The position numbers were made by a program, and so were the translations under genes. 64,000 nucleotides of DNA from Octopus vulgaris (lineage: Eukaryota), in contig OX597834.1 of assembly GCA_951406725.2 (NCBI GenBank), positions 15,562,001 to 15,626,000 of the forward strand, written 5' to 3'. Of this stretch, positions 1 through 13,760 are shown piece by piece. Below the pieces are notes generated by a model. That model was not told the DNA's origin. It was given only the letters and a program-made list of their open reading frames with translations, and searched no databases. Each line of letters starts with the position of its first letter. Positions within the stretch are counted from its first letter, which is position 1.

Positions 1-194
1 GCTTCATCTCTAGCACCGGTTATTAAACTGTGATGAAGAAGACGAAAAGCAACAACACGAGCCAAACAACAACAAAAAAAAACTTAAGAAAATAAAAGCA
101 TATTTAGCACCTGCTACACATACGCATTGGCAAAAATACACATAAACACATGGATACGCAAACACGCACACACATATACACACACACATATATA

Positions 195-602
195 CTCTTT
201 TACTCTTTTACTTGTTTCAGTCATCCGACTGCGGCCATGCTGGAGCACCGCCTTTAGTCGAGCAAATCAACCCCGGGACTTATTCTTTGTAAGCCCAGTA
301 CTTATTCTATCGGTCTCTTTTGCCGAACCGCTAAGTGACGGGGACGTAAACACGCCAGCATCGGTTGTCAAGCAATGCTAGGGGGACAGACACACAAACA
401 CACACACATACAAATACATATATATATATATACATATATACGACAGGCTTCTTTCAGTTTCCGTCTACCAAATCCACTCACAAGGCATTGGTCGGCCCGG
501 GGCTATAGCAGAAAACACTTGCCCAAGATGCCACGCAGTGGACTGAACCCGGAACCATGTGGTTGGTTAGCAAGCTACTTACCACACAGCCACTCCTGCG
601 CC
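195..602 (-). mobile_element. tRNA-derived SINE family A, full length (CORE-like body, internal TA/CA microsatellite, LINE-like 3' tail)
   Basis: Minus strand reads GGCGCAGGAGTGGCTGTGTGGTAAG (A box) ... CCGGGTTCAGTCC (B box) ... CTTGGGCAAGTG (CORE-like) ... CCAGCATGGCCGCAGTC..GACTGAAACAAG(TAAAAGAG)n; many near-identical copies in the window. Confidence 0.9.
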
Positions 603-621
603 TATATATATATTATTTTAT

Positions 622-826
622 TCTTTTACCTGTTTCAGTCATTTTATTGTAGCCATGCTGGAGCACCGCTTCAAAGGGTTTTTGTCGAAGAAATAGATCG
701 CAGGACTGATAATTTTGTAAGCCTAGTACTTATTTTATCGATCACTTTTGCTGCAGCGCTAGGTTACGGGGACATAAACACACCAGCATTGGTTGTCAGA
801 ATCACAGACACAAAGACACACACAAA

Positions 827-830
<4 letters not shown>
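622..830 (-). mobile_element. SINE family A, diverged 3' half
   Basis: tgtttcagtcatt..gccatgctggagcaccgc..tacttatt..acaccagcatt similar to the copy at 195-602. Confidence 0.8.
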
Positions 831-896
<66 letters not shown>

Positions 897-898
<2 letters not shown>

Positions 899-1855
899 AA
901 GTTTCAACTCTAAAGTTGCGGTCATGCTGGGACACCACCTTTGGCTGTGCTACACCATTATTTGAAACCTCCTCTGATTAGCGGCATTTTATGAATGGAG
1001 GAGTTTGATGCTGCTTCCCTCATCTGTGTTTCCTGCGTGAGGTAGGCTCATCTGGAAGGAAGAGATCCAATTTTCTTTTTAAAGACCCCTACGTCCACAC
1101 CTTGCAGGTCTCCCAGGCATTTTGGAAGGATATTGAAGAGCTGTGGACCCTTGATACCCAATCTATCGCAGTATCTGGTCCTTTATTTTGATGGAGATCC
1201 TGGGATTTTCGGCACTATGCTTTGGTCCCCCGTTCTGCTGTTTCTGTAACTTTCAATACCAAAGTTTAGTACGAGACCTTTCAGGATTTTCCAATTGTAT
1301 TCTGCTCCATATCTTTCCCGCTTTCATTCTAGGGAGAAGAGTTGTAACTCTTTCAGTCTTTCCCAATAGCTTCCTTTGATTGCTTCGAGTTCCGTTGTTA
1401 ATTTTATATTGTGTGGTGAGGATAGTTGGGAGCAGTAGTCCAAGCGGCTGAGGACATATGCCCTCCAAAGGACCACCATTGACTCCTTTTTTCTCGTTCT
1501 GAAAGTTCGGAGAATCCAAATTGGTAACATGCACCTGGAAAGAAGTATCATTGTTCATGTGAATGCCCAGGTCACACACTAGCTTTGATTTAGAGATTGC
1601 AATCCCTCCAGGGCCAGTGTATCCTGTCTGCCTGACGTTCAGTTTTGTGTGCGCAGGTAGCTCAGGACTTGGCACCTTCCTGCATTAAACTGCCTGTTGT
1701 TGTCCTCAACCCGCCTGCATATTGTGTCCATCTCCCGTTGCAGATGCGCAATATTTCCAAGATTTTATATTGTCTGAGAGACTGTTGTGTCATCAGCATG
1801 GCTAGCAGGAACAACTATCTGAGGGCATGCTTGAAGGGGCCACTATAAGACGGTC
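897..1855 (-). mobile_element. Decayed CR1-group LINE, 3' part of ORF2 plus 3' UTR (frameshifts, stops, internal deletions)
   Basis: Translated pieces ASHADDT (about 1780-1805), CDLGIHMNND, WILRTFRTR, VLSRLDYCSQL and YWERLKELQLFSLE, a CR1-like C-terminal signature; 3' tail GGTGGTGTCCCAGCATGACCGCAAC..GTTGAAAC at 939-901. Confidence 0.85.
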
Positions 1856-1897
1856 ATTTATATATATATATATAAACACCTTACGTAACAATGTATA

Positions 1898-1950
<53 letters not shown>

Positions 1951-1952
<2 letters not shown>

Positions 1953-2095
1953 AAAAAAGTCAAGATAGAAAATGCTAAAATAATTTTATAAAAAACATTT
2001 GAGTACCGGTTTCAGTCATTGAGTCTTCTTCAACTGTAACAACTAAACAATTAAATTTAGAAAAATTAAAAGAAAAGTTTTATAAAAAGAATATT

Positions 2096-2100
<5 letters not shown>
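1951..2100 (-). mobile_element. Short insert in (TA)n carrying a degenerate hammerhead-like motif (2001-2037); putative Penelope-like terminal fragment
   Basis: Minus strand: TTGAAGA-AG(actcaatga)CT-GAAAC-CG-GTA; (TA)n on both sides. Confidence 0.45.
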
Positions 2101-2154
<54 letters not shown>

Positions 2155-2973
2155 CTTATATAACTAGTCAGTCTCACATACATTTATCACTTACAAAACT
2201 TGCTGCCACGTCTCACTATTAAATATAACGGAGTACGACTGTAATTTTGTTTAGAAAATTGCAAAAGTCTAAAGGAAACCATTGCAAATCAGTTTTGAAT
2301 TATCTGTCTATCCAGTTAGCATACACACATATATACGTGCACATAACACTCACACATACACACATAAGCATGCCTAAATGTATATATATATATACATACG
2401 TACATGCATTTGTACATACATATATATGTGTGTGTGTGCTGGTGTGTGTGTATGTGTTTGTCTGTAAGCATAGATATGTTCCTACCTTTATACCTACATA
2501 CCGACCAACACACTGTACGGGCGGGCTTTTGGTTCGCGTAATTTTGAAGACATTGAGAAACAGAAATCTAATTTACATAGCTCGTAGTTGCTCAACAAAA
2601 TGACATTTATTTTGCTCTGTCAACCGAAAGATCTCATTATATGATAGTATCGCTATTGAGATTCCATTATATTGTTACACATGAACCGCTGGATTTGCGA
2701 GATTAAAGAGCAAAACGCTTTGAGATTTTCCCTACTATTATACACGTTTTAAGACCGCTTTGCACACACAAACGCACAGATGCGCGCATGCACACACATA
2801 TACGCACACACACAGACGCGTATATATACGCACACACACAGACGCACAGATGCGCGCATACACACGTACACATATATACACATTGAAAGGAATGGGTGAG
2901 AGGAGCACATCCAATGATGAGTTAAATTTACGACCTATATGCAGAAATGTTTGTGTGTGTATATATATACATG

Positions 2974-3008
<35 letters not shown>

Positions 3009-3155
3009 ATCTATATGTATGTATGTATATTTGTCTTTCTCTCCCTCTCTCTCTCTATATATATACTTCAAATCTTTACATCCGTTTATGAAATTTGTAT
3101 AGTGACGCCACACAGGATTTGCAAACACACACACACACCCACGCATATATATATA

Positions 3156-3186
<31 letters not shown>

Positions 3187-3461
3187 ACATATAGATAAAT
3201 ACATGCGTATATATGAATGTGTGTGTATATATTTGTGTTCATATATACACGTTATTAATAAAAGAATCAAGCTAAATAATCGCTTCTAAGCATAACACGA
3301 AATACACGTATACACGTACTCACACACAAACACACACACGTATATGTATGCGTATGTATAAATCTATATATGCATGTATATATACCCATATATATATGTG
3401 TATATATATATGTGTGTATATATATATAGATATATATAAAGATATATATATATATATATAT

Positions 3462-3494
<33 letters not shown>

Positions 3495-3784
3495 TATATG
3501 TGAGTTTACTTTACCAGAAAGAATAGAATTGCTGTCTCTTATAAGATCTACTAGAGCGAAATCCTTCAAGATAATATTAATGTTAATTCTCCCTTTGTTT
3601 TTGCCAAGTGTTTCTTCCAATGTTTCTGGTGGGTGGAAAGTGTGTTTCAAGTGTGAGAAATCATAAGAAGTTCATGAAGAGATACTCTTGTTCGTCTTTG
3701 AATACTGCGGTGAATGTAGGTACTGTACTTGTTAGTCGTGAACAATATCCCTCAGGACTTAGATATGAGTGTTAGTCGATTCAG

Positions 3785-4110
3785 CGGAGCCGTTGTGGCG
3801 CAGCCGTTGTGGCGCAGCCGTTGTGGCGCAGCCGTTTTGGCGCAACTGTTTTAGCGCAGCCGTTTTGCTGGATCCGCATTGCAGCATCCGTTTTGACGCA
3901 ACTGTTTTGGCGCAGCTGTTTTGGCGCAGCCGTTTTGGGCTCAGCCGTTTGGGCTCAGCCGTTTGGGCTCAGCCGTTTGGGCTCAGCCGTTTGGGCTCAG
4001 CCGTTTGGGCTCAGTCGTTTGGGCTCAGCCGTTTGGGTTCAGCCGTTTGGGCCCAGCCGCATTGGCTCAGCCCTTTGGGCTCAGCCGCTTTGGCCCAGCC
4101 ATCTTGGCGG
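3785..4110. repeat. GC-rich 14-15 bp minisatellite (GGCGCAGCCGTTGT grading to GGGCTCAGCCGTTT)
   Basis: About 20 head-to-tail units read directly. Confidence 0.9.
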
Positions 4111-4716
4111 AGTCGTTATGGAGTCGCCTATAGTAGTATCGCAGAATCGACATTGATTTATTTGGCATCTAACATTCTACAGTTTCTATCTCTGTAATGC
4201 ATATTTCGTTCTCCCTTTCCTTCTCCCCCCCGCCTCTCTCTCTCTCTCTCTCCGTTCATACGTCTAAGCGTCTACTTATTTATAATATCTCTCTCCCTCT
4301 CCCTCCCTCCTGATCAACTAGTTATATTTTATGTGTAATTTTCCTTTTTCTCTCTGTTCGCCTCTCTTTCTCCCTTCCTCTCTCTCTGTATGTTTATGCA
4401 TGTGTGAGCATCTAGTGATATTTGTATCTATATTTAAGACCTCCCTTCTCCTATCTCCCTCTTTTTCTCTTCCTCTCTCTTTTCTCATCCTCTCTCTTTC
4501 CCCCCTCTCTCTCTCTCATCTGTTTATATTTGTAGGTGTAATGTTTTTATCTCCATCCCTCTCTCCCTCTCGCCTCTTCCTCTGTCTCTCGGTTTCTATC
4601 TCTTTAGATGCATATTTCTGCATGCGCGAACATGTGTGCCTGTGTGTGTTTGTCTGTGTTTGTGTATGTGTGTGTTACTGTGTGCTTATGTGTGTTTTTG
4701 TGTGTGTGTTTCTATT

Positions 4717-4750
<34 letters not shown>

Positions 4751-5242
4751 TTTCCCTCAAGCGCCAAAACGGAATTGTCGCGAAAAGCAGGTTGAATATC
4801 AAGACAGACGTGCCAAATCATCGGCGGTGATAAAGCCACGCCCACTCTTCTCATTTCGGTTAAACATTTAACTACTAAGTGTTTAAAATATGCATAAAAG
4901 CTGGTAAATACATTAGACCAGAAACTAATAATTAGTTCTGTGACTCTGTCATGCACAACCTTTAATAAAACTTGCTAACATAAACACAAAACAAATAAGT
5001 AAATTTGGGGATGATTATATCGAGATTAAATGTTAAGAATTCTTTACTTAATTCTAATGTAGAATAAGGCTACTAAACTTAGAGACGGATAATTAATTAA
5101 ATTGACACGAGTATTTGGCTAATATTTATTTTAGCGCCCAAGTATTGATGAAAAGTAAAGTTGAACTTGGCAGGACTTGCTCTCAAAATACAGAGTTGCA
5201 ACTAACCGTTTCACTGTGAAATTAAACTGCATCGTTATTCCA

Positions 5243-5478
5243 GTTAGTTAGTCCACATTACTCTGAAAGGAGCATAGGGCCCCGACCATTTCATGCCACC
5301 AGATGCGATCTTGGGCGAGCTCCCTGATTTCAGACCAAGAGAGACCGATTGCTTTAGCTTCATCATCCACACATCCTTTCCAGGTCTTCTTGGGTCGTCC
5401 AACTTTCCACTTTCCTTCAGGTTCCCAGTCTAACACTTGTCTTGCAGTGTTTCTTGCAGATTTCCTTAGAGAGATCAA
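5243..5478 (-). mobile_element. RTE-clade LINE 3' fragment
   Basis: RQVLDWEPEGKWKVGRPKKTW...GLSWSEIRELAQDRIWW..VGALC is a typical RTE ORF2 C-terminus; short (CTAA)n tail. Confidence 0.85.
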
Positions 5479-5654
5479 TCTAGCCCCATTTCCTTTTCAT
5501 AATTACTTTATTGACAAGAGTTTGGTTCGGACTATCGCACAGGCATTTGCTTGAAATTTTGTCGGGTCACCAGATCTTGAGGCAATTCCAGTATCTACTA
5601 AAAAAAAAAAAAAAGAATTAGCATTTCCTGCAAGTCACCTGACATAGTCTCAAA

Positions 5655-5870
5655 GATCATTCTATAAAGGCTTGGAAGAGGCCTCGTGGCAGGCCCCGCT
5701 GGACGTGATTGGGGAATATCTCCAGAGGCTCGACGTCACCTTCAAGGATACGGAGGGATTGGCATGGAACCAATAGCGACGAAGGGATCTGGTGGACCTG
5801 GGCGGCTCTACGCATGATGACACCATTCCCATCAAGCAAGAGCATGAAGCCAAGAAAATGAAACCAAGAA
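5655..5870 (+). mobile_element. Second RTE-clade LINE 3' fragment (different family, decayed)
   Basis: AWKRPRGRPRWT*, frameshift, then LQRLDVTFKDTEGLAWNQ*RRRDLV. Confidence 0.65.
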
Positions 5871-5881
5871 ACTTAGTCTCA

Positions 5882-6439
5882 AAACAAAAGAAGAGCACTC
5901 AGAGGGTGCAAACCTCCGCCAAGGCACCACCAATGTCCTCTCAACGATTAGCCAGAGGTGATTTTTAGAATGAGAATATCTGAAACAAGGGCACTTTGAG
6001 AGCGCAAACCTACACCAAGGCAACACCAACGTCCTCTCAGTGATTAGCCAGAGGTGGTTTTTAAAATGAGAAAATATCTGAAACAAAAGCACTCAGAGAG
6101 CGCAAACCTCCGCCAAGGCAGCACCAACATCCTTTCAGCTAGAGATGATTTTTAAAATGAGAATAAACTTGACTGCTCTCACAAACGAGAGTACTAAAAA
6201 TGAACCCGACCGCTTTCAAAAATTAAGTAAAAAAAACACAGGAAAAATAATCCAGAATCATTGTCCGGTACCGCATCGATTCCAAAATCTAATGTGTGTG
6301 CGCCAGCAGCGAGGCCAAACATCCCTGAAAATTTCATTCGAATCCATTCAGTGGTTCTTGAGATATATTGTCCCCGGTCAAACACACAAACAAACACAAC
6401 TGAAAATAATATCTCCACCTTCGCTAAGGCGTAGGTAAA
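5882..6439 (+). mobile_element. Helentron-associated non-autonomous element (HINE/DINE-1-like) with its terminal ~98 bp triplicated
   Basis: Start AACAA..GCACTCAGAGAGCGC-AAACCTCCGCCAAGG repeated at about 5882, 5983 and 6081; AAAATTTCATTCGAATCC core; (ACAA)n; end AGGCGTAGGTAA roughly inverse of ACCTCCGCC. Confidence 0.7.
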
Positions 6440-6677
6440 AAGTTAAAACATGACATTCTTCAACAAAATATAGCTTGGTATATAAAAGTATTTCCTGCAG
6501 TTAAGGGTAATGGAATTTTGAATAGATATTTCTGATTTCCGCAGTAAAAGAGCTGAAGAAAACAAGACAATTTGTTCGACGCTCTTAACGATTCTGCCAA
6601 CCCGCCATTCTAAATCTTAATAAAATTACTCCATCCTGCTTTCTTTTCCTTTTTTTTCTCAATCATTATACAAACTA

Positions 6678-6679
<2 letters not shown>

Positions 6680-6716
<37 letters not shown>

Positions 6717-7008
6717 ATATGTGTGTATATGTATGTATGTATATATATATGTATGTATATATGTGTGTATATATATGTATGTATATATATGTGTATATAT
6801 ATACGTGTATATATATGTGTATATATATATATGTGTATATATATGTGTATATATATGTGTATATATATATGTATATATATATGTGTGTATATATATATGT
6901 ATATATATATGTATATATATATGTATATATATATATGTGTGTATATATATGTATATATATGTATGTATGTATATATATATATATGTATGAATATATATAT
7001 ATATGTAT

Positions 7009-7040
<32 letters not shown>

Positions 7041-7071
7041 ATATATATGTATATATATATGTGTCTATATA

Positions 7072-7112
<41 letters not shown>
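6680..7112. repeat. Compound (TA)n/(TATG)n/(TG)n microsatellite
   Basis: Direct reading. Confidence 0.95.
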
Positions 7113-7113
<1 letters not shown>

Positions 7114-7610
7114 TTCTATAGACATGAGTATTATGAAATAAATAGTGATATATATATATATATACCAAACCAAGGGGGGATAAATGACAAAGAAAGGTTT
7201 GAGATTACTGTGATATTGTCTATAAATGATACTTTGTTATAAGATCGATCGGAGACGTGGTCGTAGCGAAAGGCGATGGTGGCAGAAGACGAGTTGCATG
7301 CTGGGAAATGTAGGTTATATACGTTCATTTACACAACCCATACATCACTGTCTAACGCAGACCATACATCAATGTCGCTGTTGTTGTTACTCCTGCTGCT
7401 GTTGTTGTTGTTGTTGTTGTTGTCATTATACTATTGGTTGTCGACTCACTGTGCTACTGCTGATGATGAGGATGATGATGATGATGCAGCGTGTGGTGCA
7501 ATATTAATTTTTTTTTTATCTTTCACTTGCATAGCATGTGACCAACACAGACATTGCTCAGAGGTGACCCCTGTGAGCCGCAATCAAAGCCATCAATTAC
7601 CAGATGTATA

Positions 7611-7836
7611 TATTTCTTTATTGCCCACAAGGAGCTAAACACAGAGGGGACAAACAAAGACAGACAAACGGATTAAGTCTACTACATCGACCCCAGTGCA
7701 TAACTGGTACTTTATTTATCGACCCCGAAAGGATGAAAGGCAAAGTCGACCTCGGCGGAATTTGAACTCGGAACGTATCGACAGACGAAATACAGCTACG
7801 CATTTCGCCCGACGTGCTATCGTTTCTGCCAGCTCG
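7611..7836 (-). mobile_element. tRNA-derived SINE family B (Meta-domain-like) with 17-bp target-site duplication
   Basis: CGAGCTGGCAGAAACG..GAGTTCAAATTCCGCCGAGGTCGACTTTGCCTTTCATCCTTTCGGGGTCGATAAA; TSD CAATTACCAGATGTATA at 7594-7610 and 7837-7853. Confidence 0.92.
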
Positions 7837-8111
7837 CAATTACCAGATGTATAGATGCAACCTCCACGTCTCTATGCCTCTTCATCCTACATCTGCTATC
7901 GCTTGTCTCTAACTTATTTCAATCGTTAGACTGCGCCCATGCAGGAGCAACGGCTTCAGCAGTTTTCATCGAATGAATCGGCTTATAGTTAAACCCGGTT
8001 CTATTCTATCGCTCTCTTTTGCCAAAGCGCCAAGTTATGGAGTTCCAAACACACATGTATGTATGTATGTATGTATGTATGTATATATGTATGTATGTAT
8101 GTATGTATGTG

Positions 8112-8425
8112 ATTGGCACTCCGTCGATTTCGACGACGAGGGTTCCAGTTGATCCAATCAACGGAACAGCCTGCTCGTGAACTCAACGTGCATGTGACTG
8201 AGTACTCCACAGACACGTGTACCCTTAACGTAGTTCTTAGGTAGAGTCAGCGTGACACAGTGTGACAAGGCTGGCCCTTTAAAATACAGGTACTATTAAT
8301 TTTTACCAGCTGAGTGGACTGAAGCAAAGTGAAATAAAGTGTCTTGCTCAAGGATACAGCGCACTGCCAGGAATTGAACTCAGGACTTTGCTATCGGGAG
8401 CCGACTAAGCACTAAGTCACGAGCC
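8112..8425 (-). mobile_element. Diverged CORE-like SINE (family D-type head) with tail module X, apparently nested in an old family A copy (about 7915-8470)
   Basis: CCTTGAGCAAGACACTTTATTTCAC..CAGTCCACTCAGCTG then GGGCCAGCCTTGTCACAC...CGACGGAGTGCCAA; same tail at 49030-49211. Confidence 0.8.
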
Positions 8426-8550
8426 TATATGTATACATACATACATACAAGGGGCTTCTTTCAGTTTCCATATTAAATGAACCCTAATGACTGCAAGCTA
8501 CTAATATTCTATATATCGTTGGGAGTTGAATTTAGCCGGTATACAGTGTT

Positions 8551-8608
8551 GGACGCCTGCCATTGAAGAAGTGCAGTACGCTGAAATCACGCGATCAAGC
8601 CGTTCCGG
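8551..8608 (+). ncRNA. Degenerate type I hammerhead-like motif
   Basis: TTGAAGA-AGTG(cagta)CGCT-GAA-ATC(acgc)GAT-C; stem I poorly paired. Confidence 0.35.
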
Positions 8609-8811
8609 GCCCACACATATATCTCTCTTATTAGCACCGTGAATCAAGAGAGGAGGAACTCTCAAGGCCAATACCGCAGTATTCGATATATATATGTGTG
8701 TGTGTGTGTGTATGTGTGTATGTATATCTGATATATATATAAAACTATATATATACATATATACAGAGAGAGAGAGGAAAAAGAGATATAGATACACATA
8801 TATATACACAC

Positions 8812-8863
<52 letters not shown>

Positions 8864-9129
8864 CTATACACACACATACATACACACACGCAAATATATC
8901 CATTATCAAGTGATACAAAAATTCTATTTTCGCAATTAAATATTAATTTATTAAATATTATATTTTATTTCTTTTTCTTTATCTCCTTATCTATAAAAAG
9001 ACCGTTTCCGCATCATTGTGCTTCATCAGTATACAAATAACAGATAGCTAATTCATTACATTACATATTAAATATACATATATATATATCTATACATTTA
9101 TATATATACATGTACATAGATACATATCA

Positions 9130-9192
<63 letters not shown>

Positions 9193-9702
9193 GATATATA
9201 CACACATATATGTGTACGTACACACACACAAGTTATTTCAAGATATTGTGTTCATTCAAAATTCAGTCAGAAATGAGAACTGAGTAAGACAGAAATGGAA
9301 GACGAAAACAAAGAGAGGCAGGCAAGTGTCTTTTATCTCTTTTTATCTCTGTCTCTTTCTTTATTTGTGTCTCATACTTTATTTTCTCGCCGCCTGATAT
9401 AGCATAAAGACGATGGCTTCTGTACGTTACTTATATTATAATTTTAAAAGAAGCGACTTGAGGAATTTGACCAATTGTTGTTTAACTTTCGTTTGTTTCG
9501 GTCAGGGTTCTATGATCATTCTGGGGGCCACTGCTTTGAAGAATTTCGTCGAAGGAATTCGCCCCAGCAATTATTTCTTTCCAGTCTGGTACATGGCTTT
9601 TGCCGAACCACTAAATCACGGAGGCAGAAGCGAACCAGCACTTATTGCCAAGCGATGGCGAAGGAACGAAGACAAAGATACATACACACATACATATATG
9701 CA

Positions 9703-9761
<59 letters not shown>

Positions 9762-9764
<3 letters not shown>

Positions 9765-10052
9765 GCAATGGCCCAGTGGCTAGGGCAGCGGACTCGCGGT
9801 TGTAGGATCGCGGTTTCGATTCCCAGACCGGGCGTTGTGAGTGTTTATTGAGCGAAAACACCTAAAACCTCCACGATGCTCCGGCAGGAGGTGGTGAGCC
9901 CTGCTTTACTCTTTCTCCCACTCTTTCTTCTGTTGGCCTGCTCGCTTAGCCTGCGAGGTGGCGTCATTCAAAGGCTAAAACAATGCGAACGCATTGTGAC
10001 CAGCGATGTGTAACAACATCTGATGGTCTGGTCGGTCACGTGATCACGTGAT
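9762..10052 (+). mobile_element. tRNA-derived SINE family C, full length
   Basis: GGCGCAATGGCCCAGTGG..GGTTTCGATTCCC head, ends (TCACGTGA)2; other copies at 13761 and 20539. Confidence 0.9.
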
Positions 10053-10069
10053 ATATATATATATATATA

Positions 10070-10244
10070 ATAACAAAGGGTAAAATTAATTAATTAAGAG
10101 GTAATCAGTAATTTCACCAAGTAGAATTCGGCATGAAAAAGACCATTTCATGGTAAGTAGAAGGAATAGCTAAGATTTTTTTGACTGCTATTTCTAAACT
10201 TCGGTATGTGGTGAAGCAAATCTTTGCTGAACCCTAATTATAAA

Positions 10245-10245
<1 letters not shown>
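10070..10245 (-). mobile_element. Diverged terminal fragment of the hammerhead tandem element family (35141-36188), with an inverted segment, in (TA)n
   Basis: AGGGTAAAATTAATTAATT..AATTTCACCAAGT matches 35578-35617; CTGCTATTTCTAA..GGTATGTGGTGAAG resembles the inverted part at 36124-36157. Confidence 0.65.
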
Positions 10246-10294
<49 letters not shown>

Positions 10295-11213
10295 TGGACA
10301 CGCAGACAAATAGATTGATAAACAGACTGGCAAGGAGACGTACAGATAGACAGTTAGATTGATTGATTGATAAGATAGAGAGATATACACGATATGTGTG
10401 TGTTGTATTGAAACATTTTCACCTGGTGTAGTTTCAAATACTAGCGATATGATGCTAAAGCAAAAGTCGTCATGTAGTTTCCCCGGTCTTAAAAACATTT
10501 ATAGTATCTAGAGGTGCACGAGGCAGTGTTGATTGAAATACGGGCATGCACCATCACGTTCAGCACGTTCGTGCACACTTGGACGTAAGAAGACCTTTCG
10601 CTGTGGAAATAGTCTCATCACGGATTCTCTAAATTGTGCTGGGTTTTTTTTCTTCAACGCCTCTAAGGCATGGCTGTTGTCCAATGACAGAAACAAATAA
10701 AAGAATGAATTTGGTGAGGCCTTTCATTACCGTAGAACTGATTACAATCCAAATTTCGAAAATATAAAATAGTAAGTATGGAAGTCGATAAGTTCTACTA
10801 AAATTCTTCAAGGCGACGCTCTTACGCGGCTGTAGTCTTATGCCTGAAACAAGTAAGATATATAAAATAATTAAAATTGTTGCCACACAACACTGTTTTA
10901 TGTATATATAAAAGATAGCTCAGTTCGACGAAACTTCGAACTCACAGTCAACACTATTATTGTTAAAAGATAATAAATTTTTCCTCTACCAAATGTCTTT
11001 AGTTATCCTTCAATTTAACGCAAAACAATTTTCATTATTGCATAAAAACAAGCATTAATATATGTATCTACGTATATACGTGTGTGTGTATGCATATACA
11101 TGTATATTATATATGTATATATATGCATGTGTATGCATATATCGTATACATATATACATATGTATATAAATATGCATATACACATGCATATATATATATA
11201 TATATATATACTT

Positions 11214-11249
<36 letters not shown>

Positions 11250-11773
11250 CTATATATATATATATGCGTGTGTGTGTGTGTATGTTTATAAATATGCATA
11301 TACACATGTGTGCATATGTATATGCATTGATAATATATAATGTATATATACGTATGTGCCTATATATATATATATATATAATTATATGTATATATGTATA
11401 TTTATATAAATCTGTATATACATACATGAACATAGATATATATATATATGTATATATAAATATATATATACACACACACACATACACATATTATAAAGTG
11501 CTTTTCTTTATACTGTACATTACTGGTAACTTGTATTCTCCTTAAAAAATGATTTCTACTGTGTTACAGCTGATGCTATTTTCTCCTTTCGCGATGTTTT
11601 ATTTCTGTAGATTCTTGTACAGTGTAAGATTTTTCCCCCCCAAGTAAATGGCTGTTTTTGTCTTATTTCCCGATTGACCGCTATTTTCACCTTTATTGGA
11701 AATTTCTTTTAAAACATTTTGTCTCATAACTAGGTTACTTTCGTTTTCTCCTGGTAAATTACTACAGTCTTGC

Positions 11774-11774
<1 letters not shown>

Positions 11775-11842
<68 letters not shown>

Positions 11843-11850
11843 TATTATTA

Positions 11851-11908
<58 letters not shown>

Positions 11909-11988
11909 CATCATCATTATTATCGTTGTTATTGTTATTATCATCATTATTATTACTATTATTATTATCATTATTATTATTATTATTA

Positions 11989-12031
<43 letters not shown>

Positions 12032-12141
12032 CATCATCATTATTATCGTTGTTATTGTTATCATCATCATTATTATCGTTGTTATTATTATTATCATCAT
12101 TATTATTACTATTATTATTATCATTATTATTATTATTATTA

Positions 12142-12178
<37 letters not shown>

Positions 12179-12226
12179 CATCATCATTATTATCGTTGTT
12201 ATTATTATTATCATCATTATTATTAC

Positions 12227-12272
<46 letters not shown>
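11775..12272. repeat. (TAT)n microsatellite with recurring CAT/CGT/TGT variant blocks
   Basis: Direct reading. Confidence 0.95.
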
Positions 12273-12274
<2 letters not shown>

Positions 12275-12592
12275 AGGTTTTTTTTTTGTCTCGTTGTGCT
12301 AGTTGCATATTTTGACCAATTATTTTATTTTTTTTATTTCTTCCTTTGTGCTATATTGTAGTTAAATATATCACCACACATTAAATGCTAAAATATAATA
12401 AAGATTCTTGTTTTTTTCTTGTTTTTTTTTTAATATTCCCTGCTGAAAATGTCTCGGCGGGGGACAAGTTGCCCGTAAGCGCTACATGCCATCAAATAAA
12501 ATTATATAAATATACACGCGCATATATATATATAATATATATATATATACATATACATGTGTGTATGTATATACATATAGATACATATGTAC

Positions 12593-12631
<39 letters not shown>

Positions 12632-12676
12632 CATCTATATATATATACATGCATACACACATATATATATATATGC

Positions 12677-12713
<37 letters not shown>

Positions 12714-12775
12714 TATACTTATATATACATATATATATACATATATATGTGTATATATATATACATGTATATATA

Positions 12776-12832
<57 letters not shown>

Positions 12833-13043
12833 TTGTGTGTATATAGATGCAATTAAAATTTTCAAAAAGATCCACTTATTTCCCCCATTCTCCGAAAAAA
12901 AAAACGTCTCGAAAATTCTTTACACGAAATATTCCGGAAGTAATTAGAAGAGTAGTATTCGGGGTCGAAAATGGGAGTTTTTTGTTACGTCCGTAGTTTT
13001 TTTCTTTTCTTTGTATTTTTATTAACATCTTTGGACATTGTTC

Positions 13044-13090
<47 letters not shown>

Positions 13091-13562
13091 ACACACACAC
13101 ACACACTCACTCGGAATATTGTTATCAGTAAATATGACCAGAATGTATCGGTTGAAGACAGAAAATTGTATGTAATATTTGAAAAGACTATGTATGATAT
13201 ATATAAATACACACACACACATACAAGCAATCACACACACACATACACACACATATATATGTATGTGTATCCTTATATATGCACATATATATGTATGTAT
13301 ATGTGTGTATATATATGTAAACATACATACATGTAAATATATATATATTTAATTACGTGTTTTTAATATACGTTCAACATATTATAGTACGAAGCTGAGT
13401 GAGAAAATAATGCAAATCTAAATTGAGATACTTTCTAACTCGCCCCCGTATATGTAGGCTTTTACTGTCTTAGTATTTGCAATGTAAACTTTAAGATGTG
13501 TGGTCGTGGGTAGGTACATGAAGTATAAGTTATATATGATAATTATACCGATTATGGATATA

Positions 13563-13705
13563 TATTTCTTTACTACCCACAAGGGGCTAAACACAGAGGG
13601 GACAAACAAGGACAGACAAAAGGATTAAGTCGATTACATCGACCCCAGTGGGTAACTGGTACTTAATTTATCGACCCCGAAAGGATGAAAGGCAAAGTCG
13701 ACCTC
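13563..13705 (-). mobile_element. SINE family B, 5'-truncated
   Basis: tttctttactacccacaaggggctaaacacagagg...aaaggcaaagtcgacctc. Confidence 0.85.
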
Positions 13706-13760
13706 ATCGGTGTTATGTATTTGTGTGTGTATATATATATATATATATATGTATATGTAT

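Noticed and set aside
375-899. Recurring peptide RRASFSFRLPNPLTRLWSARGYSRRHLPK in many ORFs
   Set aside because: Antisense translation of SINE A, not a gene family.
9762-9835. tRNA gene-like sequences (also 20770-20842, 29777, 48846, 54991)
   Set aside because: A and B boxes run directly into shared SINE bodies and the cloverleafs are imperfect; these are SINE heads, not tRNA genes.
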